NCBI GenBank assembly: GCA_965223415.1
Contig: OZ245002.1
Coordinates: forward strand, 4,256,001 to 4,320,000
DNA length: 64,000 nt
Direction of reading: 5' to 3'
DNA from: Myxococcota bacterium
Lineage (GTDB): Bacteria; Myxococcota_A; UBA9160; UBA6930
Numbering within the stretch: the first letter of the stretch is position 1; the number at the start of each line of letters is the position of its first letter. The notes under the pieces were generated by a model. The model saw nothing but the letters and a program-made list of their open reading frames with translations. It was not told the DNA's origin and ran no database searches. The position numbers were made by a program, and so were the translations under genes. Shown piece after piece: positions 18,536 through 28,317 of the stretch.

Positions 18536-20317
18536 TCAGCGGCCGGTCGTCGCCGGGATCTCCCAGCGCTCTGCCGTCGCGTCGAGGTGGCTGCGCACCC
18601 GGGCCGGGTCCACGCCCTCGGCCGAGAGCTTCCGGGACGCATGGACCCGGATGCCGTGGTACACGACCGCCGAGAGCCCGAGCCCCGCACCGACGATCCA
18701 CAACACGGCGCCGATACCCGGCTCTTTCTGGAGGCCGCTCAGGGTGCGCAGCGCCATGATGGTCGCCAGCACGCAGAAGGCCAACGAGGCGAGGGCCGAG
18801 AGCAGGGCGCTCCGACGGACCGAGCCGGGCCCGTGGCTCGCCAGGCCGTCGAGCTCCCGCCGCGAGAAGTGGTCGAGGAACCAGCTCGCCTCGTCGTCGT
18901 CGTCCGAGCGCGGCGGCCCGATCGTTTGGCCGCCCAGCGGGTCGGTGGCGGAGAGCCCCTGCTCGTGACGGGCGATGCCGTCGCGGATGGCCCGGTGGAT
19001 CGCTTCGGAGAGCGGGTAGTGCCGCGCGATGGCGATCGTGGCGAGGCCGATCACCGCGGGAGCGATGCCGAGGATGCCGCGGATCGCGAGCTGGACGTTC
19101 TCGCCCTGGGCCACGTTCGGCGCGAAGCCGGCCGCCGCGAGGACGGCCAGCGGGATCGAGGCGCTGGGGATGACGGTGAACTTCTGGATGTAGGACCAGA
19201 AGGCGGTGTACTGGGCCTCGCGGCGGCGTCCGGTGTGGAGCTCGTCGTAATCGATCACGTCCGCCAGGATCGACTGCATGAGGAAGATGGTCGGGGCGAA
19301 GGCGGAGCCCGTGAAGGCGGCGAGGGCGATGGCCGGGACGATGTCCCCCGGGCCCAGCAGGAAGAAGCCGAGGGAGCCCACGATCCCCGGCACGATGCTG
19401 GCGATCCAGGCGAATCGCTTGCCACGGATCCGGGCGAGCCAGATCCAGAAGGGCAGGCCCACGAAGGCGGTGGTGAAGAAGGTGGCCAGGAAGGCTGCGA
19501 ACGCGGTCGAGTAGTCGTCCGGCTGGATGACGTACTTCAGGTAGTAGGGGGCCATCACCGGCGGGATGCCCGCCGTGATCGCATGCACGGTCTGCGCGAG
19601 GAGGACGACGCGGAAGACGGGATTGCGCAGCGAGCGCCGGATGCCGGGCACGAGGGGGTTGTGCTCGCGCGCCACGTAGCTCGGACGCTCCGGGACGACC
19701 CGCACCAGATTCCAGTAGAGCACCACGAGGAGCAGGGCGGTCACGATCGCGAAGCCGGCGAAGGAGGTGCGTGCGTCGCCGGTGGCGCTCTCGACGACCG
19801 AGGGCACGACGGCCGCGAGCAGGGTGCCGACGATCATGAAGCCCTCGCGCCAGCCGAAGATGCGCGTGCGCTCGTGGTGGTCGTCGGTCAGCTCGGCGCC
19901 CAGGCCGTAGTGGGGGATGATGTAGGCGGTGTGGCCGACGTAGAAGAGGGTGTAGGTGATCGCGAGCCACGAGACCGCCGCCACGCCCTCGAGGCTCGCC
20001 GGCGGCGTGAAGAGCGCCCAGAACGAGACCGCCGCGATGGGCGCGCCCACGAAGATCCAGGGCCGACGACGTCCCCAGCGGGTCCGGGTGCGGTCGCTGA
20101 GCCAGCCCATGGGCAGGTCCGTGAGCGCGTCCGATGCGCGCACGACGGCCTTCACCAGGGCGATCGCACCGAGGGGCACGAGCACCGTATCGCTGTAGAA
20201 GATGGGCAGGTGCACGCTCATCACGATGGCGATGGACATGCTGGCCAGGCTCGGCACCCCGTAGGCCACGACCAGCCCGAGGGGCAGGCGCGTGGGAGTG
20301 GGGGAGGGCGTGGCCAT
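18536..20317 (-). CDS. MFS transporter (GPH/MelB-like) with C-terminal extension
   Basis: DALTDLPMGWLSDRTRTRWGRRRPW and ADVIDYDELHTGRRRE. Confidence 0.9.
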   Translation of the reverse strand: MATPSPTPTRLPLGLVVAYGVPSLASMSIAIVMSVHLPIFYSDTVLVPLGAIALVKAVVRASDALTDLPMGWLSDRTRTRWGRRRPWIFVGAPIAAVSFWALFTPPASLEGVAAVSWLAITYTLFYVGHTAYIIPHYGLGAELTDDHHERTRIFGWREGFMIVGTLLAAVVPSVVESATGDARTSFAGFAIVTALLLVVLYWNLVRVVPERPSYVAREHNPLVPGIRRSLRNPVFRVVLLAQTVHAITAGIPPVMAPYYLKYVIQPDDYSTAFAAFLATFFTTAFVGLPFWIWLARIRGKRFAWIASIVPGIVGSLGFFLLGPGDIVPAIALAAFTGSAFAPTIFLMQSILADVIDYDELHTGRRREAQYTAFWSYIQKFTVIPSASIPLAVLAAAGFAPNVAQGENVQLAIRGILGIAPAVIGLATIAIARHYPLSEAIHRAIRDGIARHEQGLSATDPLGGQTIGPPRSDDDDEASWFLDHFSRRELDGLASHGPGSVRRSALLSALASLAFCVLATIMALRTLSGLQKEPGIGAVLWIVGAGLGLSAVVYHGIRVHASRKLSAEGVDPARVRSHLDATAERWEIPATTGR

Positions 20318-20393
20318 CGCGAGGCGACGCTACCTCAGGGCCCGGCAGCTCCGCCGGCCGATCGATAGACTCCCGCGCCCGAGAGGAGGAGCC

Positions 20394-21605
20394 ATGACCC
20401 GTCTCCACGGCACCCTGCATCCGGAGTTCGCCGGTGTCGCACGTTCGCTGCGTCGCATCGTGCCCCGCAAGGGGCCGGGGGGCGCTGCGGTCTGCGTCTA
20501 CCACCAGGGCGAGAAGGTCGTCGACATCTGGGGCGGCACGCGGGATGCGGCGGGAAGCCCCTGGGAGGAGGACACCCTCAGCATCTCCTTCTCCACGACC
20601 AAGGGTGTGGCCTCGACGCTGCTGCACCTGTTCGCCGACCGGGGGCTCGTCGACATCGACGCGCCGGTCACCCGCTACTGGCCCGAGTTCGCGGCGGCGG
20701 GGAAGGAGGCGACGACGGTCCGCCAGCTCCTCTGTCACGAGGCCGGGCTCTTCGCGATCGCGGACATGCTCGACCACGCCCGGGAGATGCTCGACTGGGA
20801 CACGATGATCGGGCGCCTGGCGGCGGCCACGCCCCGCCACGCGCCGGGGGAGGCCCACGGCTATCACGGGCTCACCTACGGCTGGCTCGTCGGAGAGGTG
20901 GTGCGGCGGGTCGCCGGCGGGAAGGCGTTCCCGGAGCTCCTCGCGGCCGAGATCGCCGGCCCCCTCGAGCTGGACGGGCTCTACTGTGGCGTTCCGGAGG
21001 AGCAGCAGGGCCGTTGCGCGGAGCTCATGGCGGCCGGTCTGGGCGGTCCGCCGGCGGAGGCCCGGCGCCGCACCGAGAAGATCCAGCGCGGCGCCGAGCG
21101 CTGGCGGGACCGCCTGCGCAAGCTCGGCTTCCGCTACGACCCGACCGAGACGCTGGCGGCCCTGGCGCCGCCCGGCATGGAGGAGCTCGACTGGAACGGG
21201 CCGGCCTTCCGTTCCGCGTCGATTCCGGCGGCGAACGGCATGTTCACCGCGCGCTCTCTCGCGCGCCTGTACGCCTGCCTCGCCGCCGGCGGCGAGCTGG
21301 ACGGTGTGCGCCTTCTTTCTGCCGAAGCGGTCCAGCGCATGGGCGAGCAGCAGAACCAGGGCGCCGGTCGCGTGATCCCCATCTCGATGCGCTGGCGGCT
21401 CGGCTACCACCGGGTCTTCGCCGTGGGCGCCAAGGTCCCCCGCGGCTTCGGCCACTTCGGCTTCGGCGGCTCCGGCGCCTGGGCCGACCCGGCCCGCCGG
21501 CTCGCCGTCGCCCTCACGGTCAACAGCGGCGTCGGCACCCCCTTCGGCGACACCCGCATCGCCCGCATCGGCGGCGCCGCCGCCCGCGCCGCCGACCGCC
21601 GCTGA
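20394..21605 (+). CDS. Serine hydrolase (beta-lactamase-like esterase)
   Basis: FSTTKG (SxxK), LLCHEAGL, GYHGLTYG and FGHFGFGGS; GAGGAG RBS. Confidence 0.9.
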   Translation: MTRLHGTLHPEFAGVARSLRRIVPRKGPGGAAVCVYHQGEKVVDIWGGTRDAAGSPWEEDTLSISFSTTKGVASTLLHLFADRGLVDIDAPVTRYWPEFAAAGKEATTVRQLLCHEAGLFAIADMLDHAREMLDWDTMIGRLAAATPRHAPGEAHGYHGLTYGWLVGEVVRRVAGGKAFPELLAAEIAGPLELDGLYCGVPEEQQGRCAELMAAGLGGPPAEARRRTEKIQRGAERWRDRLRKLGFRYDPTETLAALAPPGMEELDWNGPAFRSASIPAANGMFTARSLARLYACLAAGGELDGVRLLSAEAVQRMGEQQNQGAGRVIPISMRWRLGYHRVFAVGAKVPRGFGHFGFGGSGAWADPARRLAVALTVNSGVGTPFGDTRIARIGGAAARAADRR

Positions 21606-21606
21606 A

Positions 21607-21676
21607 CGCAAGAGGGGGGACGTTCCTTGCAACTTGCGCAATTGCGCAAGTTGCAAGGAACGTCCCCCCTCTTGCG
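21607..21676. repeat. 70-bp perfect palindrome between convergent genes
   Basis: CGCAAGAGGGGGGACGTTCCTTGCAACTTGCGCAA is followed directly by its reverse complement, with no loop. Confidence 0.9.
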
Positions 21677-21679
21677 CTT

Positions 21680-21961
21680 CTAGACTTCTTCCATCATGAC
21701 GATCTCGGGGGGGGCGGCCATCACGCCGGCGAACTCCTTGCCCACGGCCTTCAGGTTCTCGCCGTGGGTGGCGAAGGCCTTGCCGTCCGCGTACTTCTCG
21801 TAGAAGATGAAGGTGGTGGGCTCGTCGGCGCGCTGGTGGGGGATGTAGGCGAGGGTTCCGGGCTCGTTCTCGCTCACGCCGGCGGCCAGCTTGGCGAAGA
21901 GCTGCTTCGCCTCGTCGACCTTGTCTTCCTTCACCTTGATCGTCGCCATCACGCTCGGCAT
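21680..21961 (-). CDS. Antibiotic biosynthesis monooxygenase (ABM) / putative quinol monooxygenase
   Basis: NEPGTLAY, FIFYEKYAD and AFATH; GGAGG RBS. Confidence 0.85.
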   Translation of the reverse strand: MPSVMATIKVKEDKVDEAKQLFAKLAAGVSENEPGTLAYIPHQRADEPTTFIFYEKYADGKAFATHGENLKAVGKEFAGVMAAPPEIVMMEEV

Positions 21962-22064
21962 CGGGCCTCCTTTGGGTGGGCGCACAGTCTGCGCGGGAAC
22001 CGGGCCTCCTGCAAACCGGCCCGCGCTTCGTGGTAGGATCGGCGGCTTCCGGAGGAGGTCCGCC

Positions 22065-23993
22065 ATGAAGCTGCGAAGCGTGCTCCTGTCCGCGCTCACC
22101 CTCGTGCTGCTGGCCGGCTGCGCCCAGCTCGGCATGCACTGGATGGCCGAGGCCCGCCCGGCCCCGCGGATCGAGGCCCCGGCACCGCCCGGCGAGGCCA
22201 CGCCCTGGACCGGCCTGGCGGCCCTGGACGCCCCCGAGGACTTCCACTTTGCCGTCGTCTCGGACCGCACCGGCGAGCACCGCGCCGGCGTCTTCGCCGC
22301 CGCCATGCCCAAGCTCAACCTGCTCCAGCCGGCCTTCGTGGTGAGCGTCGGAGACCTGATCGAGGGCTACACGGACGACCGCGCACGCCTGGCCGAGGAG
22401 TGGGACGAGATCGAGGGCTTCGTCGACGGCCTGCGCATGCCCTTCTTCTACGCGGCCGGCAACCACGACATGAGCAACCAGGTGATGGCCGAGACCTGGC
22501 GCGACCGCTTCGGCCCTTCCTACTACCACTTCCGCTACAAGGGCGCGCTGTTCGTCGTGCTGAACAGCGAGCTGTTCGGGATGGTCCACGACCCCCGGAA
22601 GTCGGTGCCCGGCCCGTGGACCCAGGCCGAGCAGATGGCGTGGGTCGAACAGGTCCTCGCCGAGAACGCCGACGTCCGCTGGACCTTCGTCTTCGTCCAC
22701 CAGCCCCTCTGGGACGCGCCCCAGATCCACCCGGACTGGCTCAAGGTCGAGGAGCTCCTCGGCGAGCGGGGTTACACGGTCTTTGCCGGGCACTACCACC
22801 GCTACACCGAGCACGTCCGCTCGGGACGCCGCTTCATCACCCTGGCCACCACGGGAGGTGGCAGCCAGATGCGCGGCCTGCCGTGGGGCGAGTTCGACCA
22901 CGTCGCCTTCGTGCGCATGACCGAAGCCGACGGCGACGAACCGGTGGTCGCGAACGTGATGCTGGACGGCGTCCAGGGCGCCGACGTCCGCACCGCCGAC
23001 CTCCGCGCCCTGGTCGACACGATGGCCGGCGCCGTGGCCGTGCTACCCCTGCGCGGGGCCGGTCGCACCTTCCGCAGCGCCACCGCCCGCTTCGAGATCA
23101 CCAACGGGCTCGCGCAGCCCTTGGACGTGGAGGCGCACTTCGACGCGGGCCGCGACCTGGCGCCGGAGCTGGACCGGGCCACCCGCCGACTCGCTCCCGG
23201 CGCGGTCGAGGTGGTGGAGGTGCCGCTGCGCGCGCGCCAGCCGCTCCGCTACGAGGAGCTGGCACCGGCCCATGCCCACTTCACCCTGCGCGCGGCGGGG
23301 CCCGGCGGCGAGCCGGTCGAGATCGAGCAGCAGCGCGCTCTCGTCCCCGACGGTCCCTTCGCGATCACCCGCAGCGACGAGGCCGTGACCGTCGACGGGG
23401 ATCTCGCGGAATGGGATGGCCTGCGCTTCCGGGTCGACGCGCCCGCCCACGTGGAAGGCCACGGTCGCTACCACGGGGCCGAGGACGCGAGCTTCCGATT
23501 CGATCTGCGCCGGGACGCGAGCCATCTCTACGTGGCGGTCGAGGTGACGGACGATTCCATCGTCGCCTCCTCCCACGAGATCGCCCGGGAACAGGACGGT
23601 GTGCAGCTCTCCCTCGATCCGCGCCCGGCACCGGAGCGCAACCAGAACGGCAACCTCTTCGCGTTGATCCGCAGCGGTGCGCTGGCGAAGATGGTTACCG
23701 CGTTCCTCACCGTCGAAGAGCCGCGCCCGGATCCGATCCTGGCGCTGTTCGCCGGCGGCGCCGAGCCGGTCCACCTCCACGCGGCACGCCGGACGCCCGA
23801 CGGCTACGCCACCGAGGTGGCGATCCCGATCGCAGCGCTGGAAGAGCGGGCCGGCGGCGAGTGGGACGGCCTGCGCGTGAACGTCACCGTGTCCGACTTC
23901 GACGAAGGCGAGTCCGGCCACAACACGCTCTCGTGGCGGCCGAGCCGCTTCTCCCCCGGGACTGCCGAGGGCGCCGGCACCTTCGGGCTCTAG
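22065..23993 (+). CDS. Lipoprotein metallophosphoesterase with C-terminal DOMON/CBM9-like domain
   Basis: LAGC lipobox; SDRTG, VGDLIEG, GNHD, HQP and GHYH motifs; later VTVDGDLAEW and LYVAVEVTDD. Confidence 0.8.
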   Translation: MKLRSVLLSALTLVLLAGCAQLGMHWMAEARPAPRIEAPAPPGEATPWTGLAALDAPEDFHFAVVSDRTGEHRAGVFAAAMPKLNLLQPAFVVSVGDLIEGYTDDRARLAEEWDEIEGFVDGLRMPFFYAAGNHDMSNQVMAETWRDRFGPSYYHFRYKGALFVVLNSELFGMVHDPRKSVPGPWTQAEQMAWVEQVLAENADVRWTFVFVHQPLWDAPQIHPDWLKVEELLGERGYTVFAGHYHRYTEHVRSGRRFITLATTGGGSQMRGLPWGEFDHVAFVRMTEADGDEPVVANVMLDGVQGADVRTADLRALVDTMAGAVAVLPLRGAGRTFRSATARFEITNGLAQPLDVEAHFDAGRDLAPELDRATRRLAPGAVEVVEVPLRARQPLRYEELAPAHAHFTLRAAGPGGEPVEIEQQRALVPDGPFAITRSDEAVTVDGDLAEWDGLRFRVDAPAHVEGHGRYHGAEDASFRFDLRRDASHLYVAVEVTDDSIVASSHEIAREQDGVQLSLDPRPAPERNQNGNLFALIRSGALAKMVTAFLTVEEPRPDPILALFAGGAEPVHLHAARRTPDGYATEVAIPIAALEERAGGEWDGLRVNVTVSDFDEGESGHNTLSWRPSRFSPGTAEGAGTFGL

Positions 23994-25354
23994 TCGATGC
24001 CGAGGCGCTGCATCCACCGGTAGAGGGTGGTGCGGTCGACCTGGAGGCGCGCGGCGGCCTCCTGCCGGCTGCCGCCGCAGGCGGCGAGAGCGGAACGGAT
24101 GCGCTCGGCGGTGACGCGGTCGAGGGTCGCGCGCAGGCTCTCGTCCTCAGGCGCCGCCGTCGGCGGCTCCCCCGCCGCCGCTGTGCCGGCGCCGCCCGGG
24201 AGCAGGTCCTCGAGCTCGATCCGCGAGCCGCGGGCCAGCACCACGCCACGCTCGATGGCGTTCTCGAGCTCTCGCGCGTTGCCGGGCCACCCGTGGCTCC
24301 GCATCCACGCCTCGGCCTCGTCGCTCCAGCCGTCCAGGGGAGGCGTCCGGTCCCGCGCCGCGGAAGCGAAGAAGCGCCGGGCGAGGGGCAGGACGTCTTC
24401 CGGCCGCTCCCGGAGCGGCGGCAGGTGGATCGGGATCACCGCGAGCCGGAAGTAGAGGTCCTCCCGGAAGCGCCCCGCTTCGACCTCGGCGGGCAGGTCG
24501 CGGTTGGTGGCGGCGACGATGCGCGCGTCGACCTCGTGCTCGGTCTCGCCGCCCACCCGCACGAGCCGCTTCTCCTGGAGCACCCGCAGCAGCTTGGCCT
24601 GGAACTCCAGGGACACCTCGCCCATCTCGTCGAGGAAGAGGGTCCCGCCGTTCGCCCGCTCGAACAGGCCGGCTCGGGCGCGCTCCGCTCCCGTGAAGGC
24701 GCCACGCTCGTGGCCGAAGAGCTCGCTCTCCAGCACGCCCGGGGCCAGTGCCTTGCAGTTCACCGCGACGAAGGGGCCGCCGACCCGCTCCGAGAGCACG
24801 TGCACGGCGCGGGCGATGCGCTCCTTGCCCGTGCCGCTCTCGCCGGTGACGAGCACGGTGGCCTCGCTGCGTGCCGCCCGGCGGACGATGTCCATCACCT
24901 CGGCCATCATCGGGCTCTCGGCGACGATGGCCTCGCTGCCCTGCTCCCGGCCGAGCTCCGCGCGCAGGTGGCGGTTCTCGCGGCGCAGCCGGGTGTGTTC
25001 CAGGGCACGCTTCACGAGGGCGCGGAGGCCGTCGTTGTCGAAGGGCTTCTCGACGTAGTCGAAGGCGCCTAGCTGCACCGCGCGCACGGCGGTCTCGATG
25101 CTCGCGTGGGCGGTGAGGACGACGACCGGCAGGTCCGCGTCGATCTCCCGCAGCCGCTCGAGCACGGCGATGCCGTCCATGCCGGGCATGCGGAGGTCGG
25201 TCAGCAGCAGGTCGAAGCGCCCCTCCGTGAGGGCGGCGAGGGCCGCTTCCGGCGCGTCGAAGCCCACGGCTTCGTAGCCCTCGCGGCGCAGGAGCATCTC
25301 GAGGATGGCAACGAGCCGGGCCTCGTCGTCGAGGATGGCGATGCGGGGCTTCAA
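23990..25354 (-). CDS. Sigma54-dependent response regulator (NtrC/AtoC family bEBP)
   Basis: Receiver domain (LDDE, TDLRMP, EKPF), GESGTGKE, ELFGHERGAFTGA, WPGNARELEN and a Fis HTH; TTG start overlaps the kinase stop. Confidence 0.92.
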   Translation of the reverse strand: MKPRIAILDDEARLVAILEMLLRREGYEAVGFDAPEAALAALTEGRFDLLLTDLRMPGMDGIAVLERLREIDADLPVVVLTAHASIETAVRAVQLGAFDYVEKPFDNDGLRALVKRALEHTRLRRENRHLRAELGREQGSEAIVAESPMMAEVMDIVRRAARSEATVLVTGESGTGKERIARAVHVLSERVGGPFVAVNCKALAPGVLESELFGHERGAFTGAERARAGLFERANGGTLFLDEMGEVSLEFQAKLLRVLQEKRLVRVGGETEHEVDARIVAATNRDLPAEVEAGRFREDLYFRLAVIPIHLPPLRERPEDVLPLARRFFASAARDRTPPLDGWSDEAEAWMRSHGWPGNARELENAIERGVVLARGSRIELEDLLPGGAGTAAAGEPPTAAPEDESLRATLDRVTAERIRSALAACGGSRQEAAARLQVDRTTLYRWMQRLGID

Positions 25355-26316
25355 GCGGCCTCCTGCCGGCGCCACGGCAGGCTGAGCTCGAAGCAGGCGC
25401 CGCGGCCGCTCGGGCCCGCGCCGCCGCCGGGCACGAGCCGCAGGCTGCCGCCGTGGGCCCGGGCGATCTGCGCCGCCATGGCCAGGCCGAGGCCCGTGCC
25501 CTCCGCCTTGGTCGTGAAGAACGGCTCGAAGAGCTTGTCGCGGGCGTCCGGGGGAACGCCGGGGCCGTCGTCGGCCACCCGCAGGTGGAGGCCCCGCTCG
25601 TCGCGGGATCCCTCCAGGCGAACCCGTCCTTCGGGCGCGACCGCCTCCGCCGCATTCGTCAGCAGGCACAGGAGCACCTGGGAGACGAGACCCGGATCCA
25701 CGTCGATGCTCGTCCCCGCCAGGTCGTCCCTGCGGTCCGCGAACGCGACCCGGTGGGCCTCGAAGGGGGCCTGCGCCAGCTCGACGGCGCGCTCCACCAC
25801 CGCGTCGAGGGAGCTCGGCTGGGGCTCCAGCGTGGTGGGGCGGGCGAAGGCGAGCAGGGCGGTGATGAGGCCGTTCAGCCGGTCCGCCTCCTCCACCACG
25901 AAGGCGCAGGCGCGGTGGGCGTCGTCGCCGGAGTCGAACTGCTCCTGCACCATGGCCGCGGAGGCGCGCATCACGCCCAGGGGGTTGCGCACCTCGTGGG
26001 CGATGCCGGCGGCGAGCCGGCCGATCGCGGCCAGCTTCTCGTTCTCGAAGGCGCTGCGTTCGGAGGCCGCCAGGGCCTCTCCCTGGGCGCGGATCCGCTC
26101 CGCGTCCCGTCGCGCCCGCTCCCGGGCGCGATACAGGGCGCCGGCCAGGCCGCCCATCACGGTGAGGTTGAAGGTGAAGGTCGCGCCCACGAGCCAGGTC
26201 GCGTCGGCGCCGCCGAGCCGCATCTCCACGCCCGTCCAGGCCAGGGCCAGGGTGTCCACCAGCCCGAGGGCGGCTCCTGTCAGCGCGCCCCACAGGGCCC
26301 AGCGCCGTTCCGTCAC
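25351..26316 (-). CDS. Membrane sensor histidine kinase
   Basis: AHEVRNPL H-box, DDGPG and EPFFTTKAEGTGLGL; two TM helices. The start (GTG 26316 vs ATG 26355) is uncertain. Confidence 0.9.
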   Translation of the reverse strand: MTERRWALWGALTGAALGLVDTLALAWTGVEMRLGGADATWLVGATFTFNLTVMGGLAGALYRARERARRDAERIRAQGEALAASERSAFENEKLAAIGRLAAGIAHEVRNPLGVMRASAAMVQEQFDSGDDAHRACAFVVEEADRLNGLITALLAFARPTTLEPQPSSLDAVVERAVELAQAPFEAHRVAFADRRDDLAGTSIDVDPGLVSQVLLCLLTNAAEAVAPEGRVRLEGSRDERGLHLRVADDGPGVPPDARDKLFEPFFTTKAEGTGLGLAMAAQIARAHGGSLRLVPGGGAGPSGRGACFELSLPWRRQEAA

Positions 26317-26411
26317 GAGGTGACTCCTCTCGATCGAAGGGTAACGCCAGGGCATCCTCCGCAAGCCGCATGCCACGGCGCGGAGGCCCGCCGGGCCCGT
26401 CCGGGCGTGCC

Positions 26412-26452
26412 CCGTTGCAGCGCTGCCACGGCCCGTGTTGCAGGGCTGCAAC
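26412..26452. promoter_or_regulatory. Tandem inverted repeats, putative bEBP enhancer (UAS)
   Basis: GTTGCAG-CG-CTGCCAC and GTTGCAG-GG-CTGCAAC lie upstream of a -24/-12 promoter. Confidence 0.6.
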
Positions 26453-26491
26453 CCGCCCGGACCGGGAGCGGGCCGGGGAGCTCCCCGCGGC

Positions 26492-26507
26492 CGGCACGCC
26501 GCTTGCT
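26492..26507 (+). promoter_or_regulatory. Sigma54 (-24/-12) promoter
   Basis: CGGCACGCCGCTTGCT has GG-N10-GC spacing and matches YGGCACG-N4-TTGCW. Confidence 0.75.
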
Positions 26508-26543
26508 CTTCAACGCGGCACACGCCCACCCTTGGAGGAACCC

Positions 26544-26855
26544 ATGTCTCGCATCATCGCCCTCGGTCTCGTGCTCGCGGCCTTCCTGGTCATGACGGAT
26601 CTCGCGATCCTGGAGCACGGCTACGTCGGCTTCTTCGAGCTGATGTTCGCGAACTCCGCCACGCGTCTGGCCATGCTGGATCTCGGCATCGTGCTGGTCC
26701 TGTTCACGCTGTGGCAGTGGACCGACGCGAAGGACCGCGGCCTTCCGTTCTGGCCCTATGCCGCCGTCAGCCTGACCTTCGGCGCCGCCGGTCCGCTCGC
26801 CTACCTGATCCACCGCACGCTTCGCGAAGAGCGCCGGGTTCCTGCAGTCGCCTGA
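26544..26855 (+). CDS. Small membrane protein (DUF2834-like)
   Basis: Three TM segments, MLDL..WQWTDAK and FGAAGPLAYL; GGAGG RBS. Confidence 0.75.
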   Translation: MSRIIALGLVLAAFLVMTDLAILEHGYVGFFELMFANSATRLAMLDLGIVLVLFTLWQWTDAKDRGLPFWPYAAVSLTFGAAGPLAYLIHRTLREERRVPAVA

Positions 26856-26918
26856 CCCGGCCCGCCCCCTGGCCCTTCCGACCGATCTGCACTACCGGTC
26901 GGTCGGGGAGGCCTGCCG

Positions 26919-27380
26919 GTGGAGAAGGGCGACCTGGTCGAAATCGAAGCCATCAAGCAGCTCAAGGCCCGCTACTTCCGCCTCCTGGACCAGAAGCGCT
27001 GGGAGGAGTGGGGCCAGGTCTTCAGCGAGGACGCGGAGCTCGATACGACCCAGGAGGCGCCGAACGCCCGGGCTTCCGGCCGCGACGCCATCGTCGAGAT
27101 GGTGAGCACGGCGGTCGGCGCCGCGGTGACGGTCCACCACGGCCACATGCCGGAGATCGAGATCACCGGGCCGACCACGGCGAGCGGCACCTGGGCGATG
27201 GAGGACTACCTCGAGTTTCCGGGCGATCCGCCGCCGCTGGTGGTGCACGGCCGGGGCCACTACTTCGAGGAGTACGAGAAAGGCGGCGACGGCGCCTGGC
27301 GGATCAAGTCGCTCACCCTGCGTCGGCTCTGGCTCCAGCACAGCGGGAAGCGGACCTTCCCGCCTCAAGGCCTGCCCTGA
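26919..27380 (+). CDS. SnoaL/NTF2-like protein
   Basis: EAIKQLKARYFRLLD, TVHHGHMPEI, GTWAMED and GHYFEEY. Confidence 0.88.
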   Translation: MEKGDLVEIEAIKQLKARYFRLLDQKRWEEWGQVFSEDAELDTTQEAPNARASGRDAIVEMVSTAVGAAVTVHHGHMPEIEITGPTTASGTWAMEDYLEFPGDPPPLVVHGRGHYFEEYEKGGDGAWRIKSLTLRRLWLQHSGKRTFPPQGLP

Positions 27381-28297
27381 GCAGCCGGGCGGAGGGACGC
27401 TTCCTTCGCGAGGGCCTGGGCGCCGGCGACGCGGAACGCATCGGCGCCGGCGAGTGGTCGACGGCCTATGCCTTCGAGCGGGACGGCCGGCGCCTCGTCG
27501 CGCGCTTCGGACACCACCCCGAGGACTTCCGCAAGGACGCCCTGGCGGCGGAGCGCTTCTCCGGGCGTCTGCCCGTCCCGCGGGTGCTCGAAGTGGGGCC
27601 CGCGCACGGGGGCCTCTCGTACGCGGTGTCGGCCTGGGCGCCGGGAGAGCCCCTCGACGGGCTGTCCGAGCCGGGCCTGCGCGCAGCGCTGCCGAGCCTG
27701 CTCGACGCGATGGACGCGATTCGCGCGCTGCCGCCCCCGGGGCCGGAGGGCTTCGGCATGTGGCGCAGCGACGGCCGCACGCCGCACCGGAGCTGGCGGG
27801 CCGCGCTGCTCGCCCTCGTGGAGGAGGAGGAGCTTCCGCGCGCTGCCGGCTGGCGCGCCTTTCTGCGGGCGGAGCCCGAGTGGGCCGCTCGCTTCGACGC
27901 GTCCGCCGCGGCTCTCGCCGAGCTGGCCGGCGCGTGCCCGCCCGGGGTGCGCCACGTGGTCCACGCGGATCTCACCGCCGGCAACGTGCTCGTGGCCGAC
28001 GGCCGCGTGACGGCCGTTCTCGACTGGGGCAACTCGCTCGTGGGCGACTTCCTCTACGACGTCGCCTGGCTCGTCTTCCGGTCCCCCTGGCACCCGGGGC
28101 TCGACGCGGACCTCGTGCTGGCCGAGACCCGCCGGCGCTGCGCCGCCAGCGGCGACGACCTCTCCCACTTCGAGGAGCGCCTGCGCGCGTGCGGGCTCCA
28201 CATCGGCCTCGACTCGCTGGCCTACAACGCCTTCCGCCACGACGCCGTGAATCTGCGCGGGACGCTCGGGCGGATGCGGGAGCTCTTCTCCCTCTAG
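27377..28297 (+). CDS. Aminoglycoside phosphotransferase (APH)-family kinase
   Basis: LPVPRVL, VHADLTAGNVL and VLDWG...GDFLYD; the start is uncertain (CTG overlapping the upstream stop). Confidence 0.8.
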   Translation: MSSRAEGRFLREGLGAGDAERIGAGEWSTAYAFERDGRRLVARFGHHPEDFRKDALAAERFSGRLPVPRVLEVGPAHGGLSYAVSAWAPGEPLDGLSEPGLRAALPSLLDAMDAIRALPPPGPEGFGMWRSDGRTPHRSWRAALLALVEEEELPRAAGWRAFLRAEPEWAARFDASAAALAELAGACPPGVRHVVHADLTAGNVLVADGRVTAVLDWGNSLVGDFLYDVAWLVFRSPWHPGLDADLVLAETRRRCAASGDDLSHFEERLRACGLHIGLDSLAYNAFRHDAVNLRGTLGRMRELFSL

Positions 28298-28317
28298 CGC
28301 GGCGCCGTTCCCGAGAG

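Noticed and set aside
17709..22901. 1730-aa minus-strand ORF, and other very long ORFs such as 3174-6557(-) and 22400-25072(+)
   Set aside because: These are shadow ORFs caused by stop-codon scarcity at high GC. They are Arg/Gly/Pro-rich, have no motifs, and overlap well-supported genes.
27377..28297. Antibiotic resistance determinant (APH), and likewise beta-lactamase for 20394-21605
   Set aside because: Only superfamily motifs are visible and there is no mobile context. These are more likely a generic kinase and an esterase.
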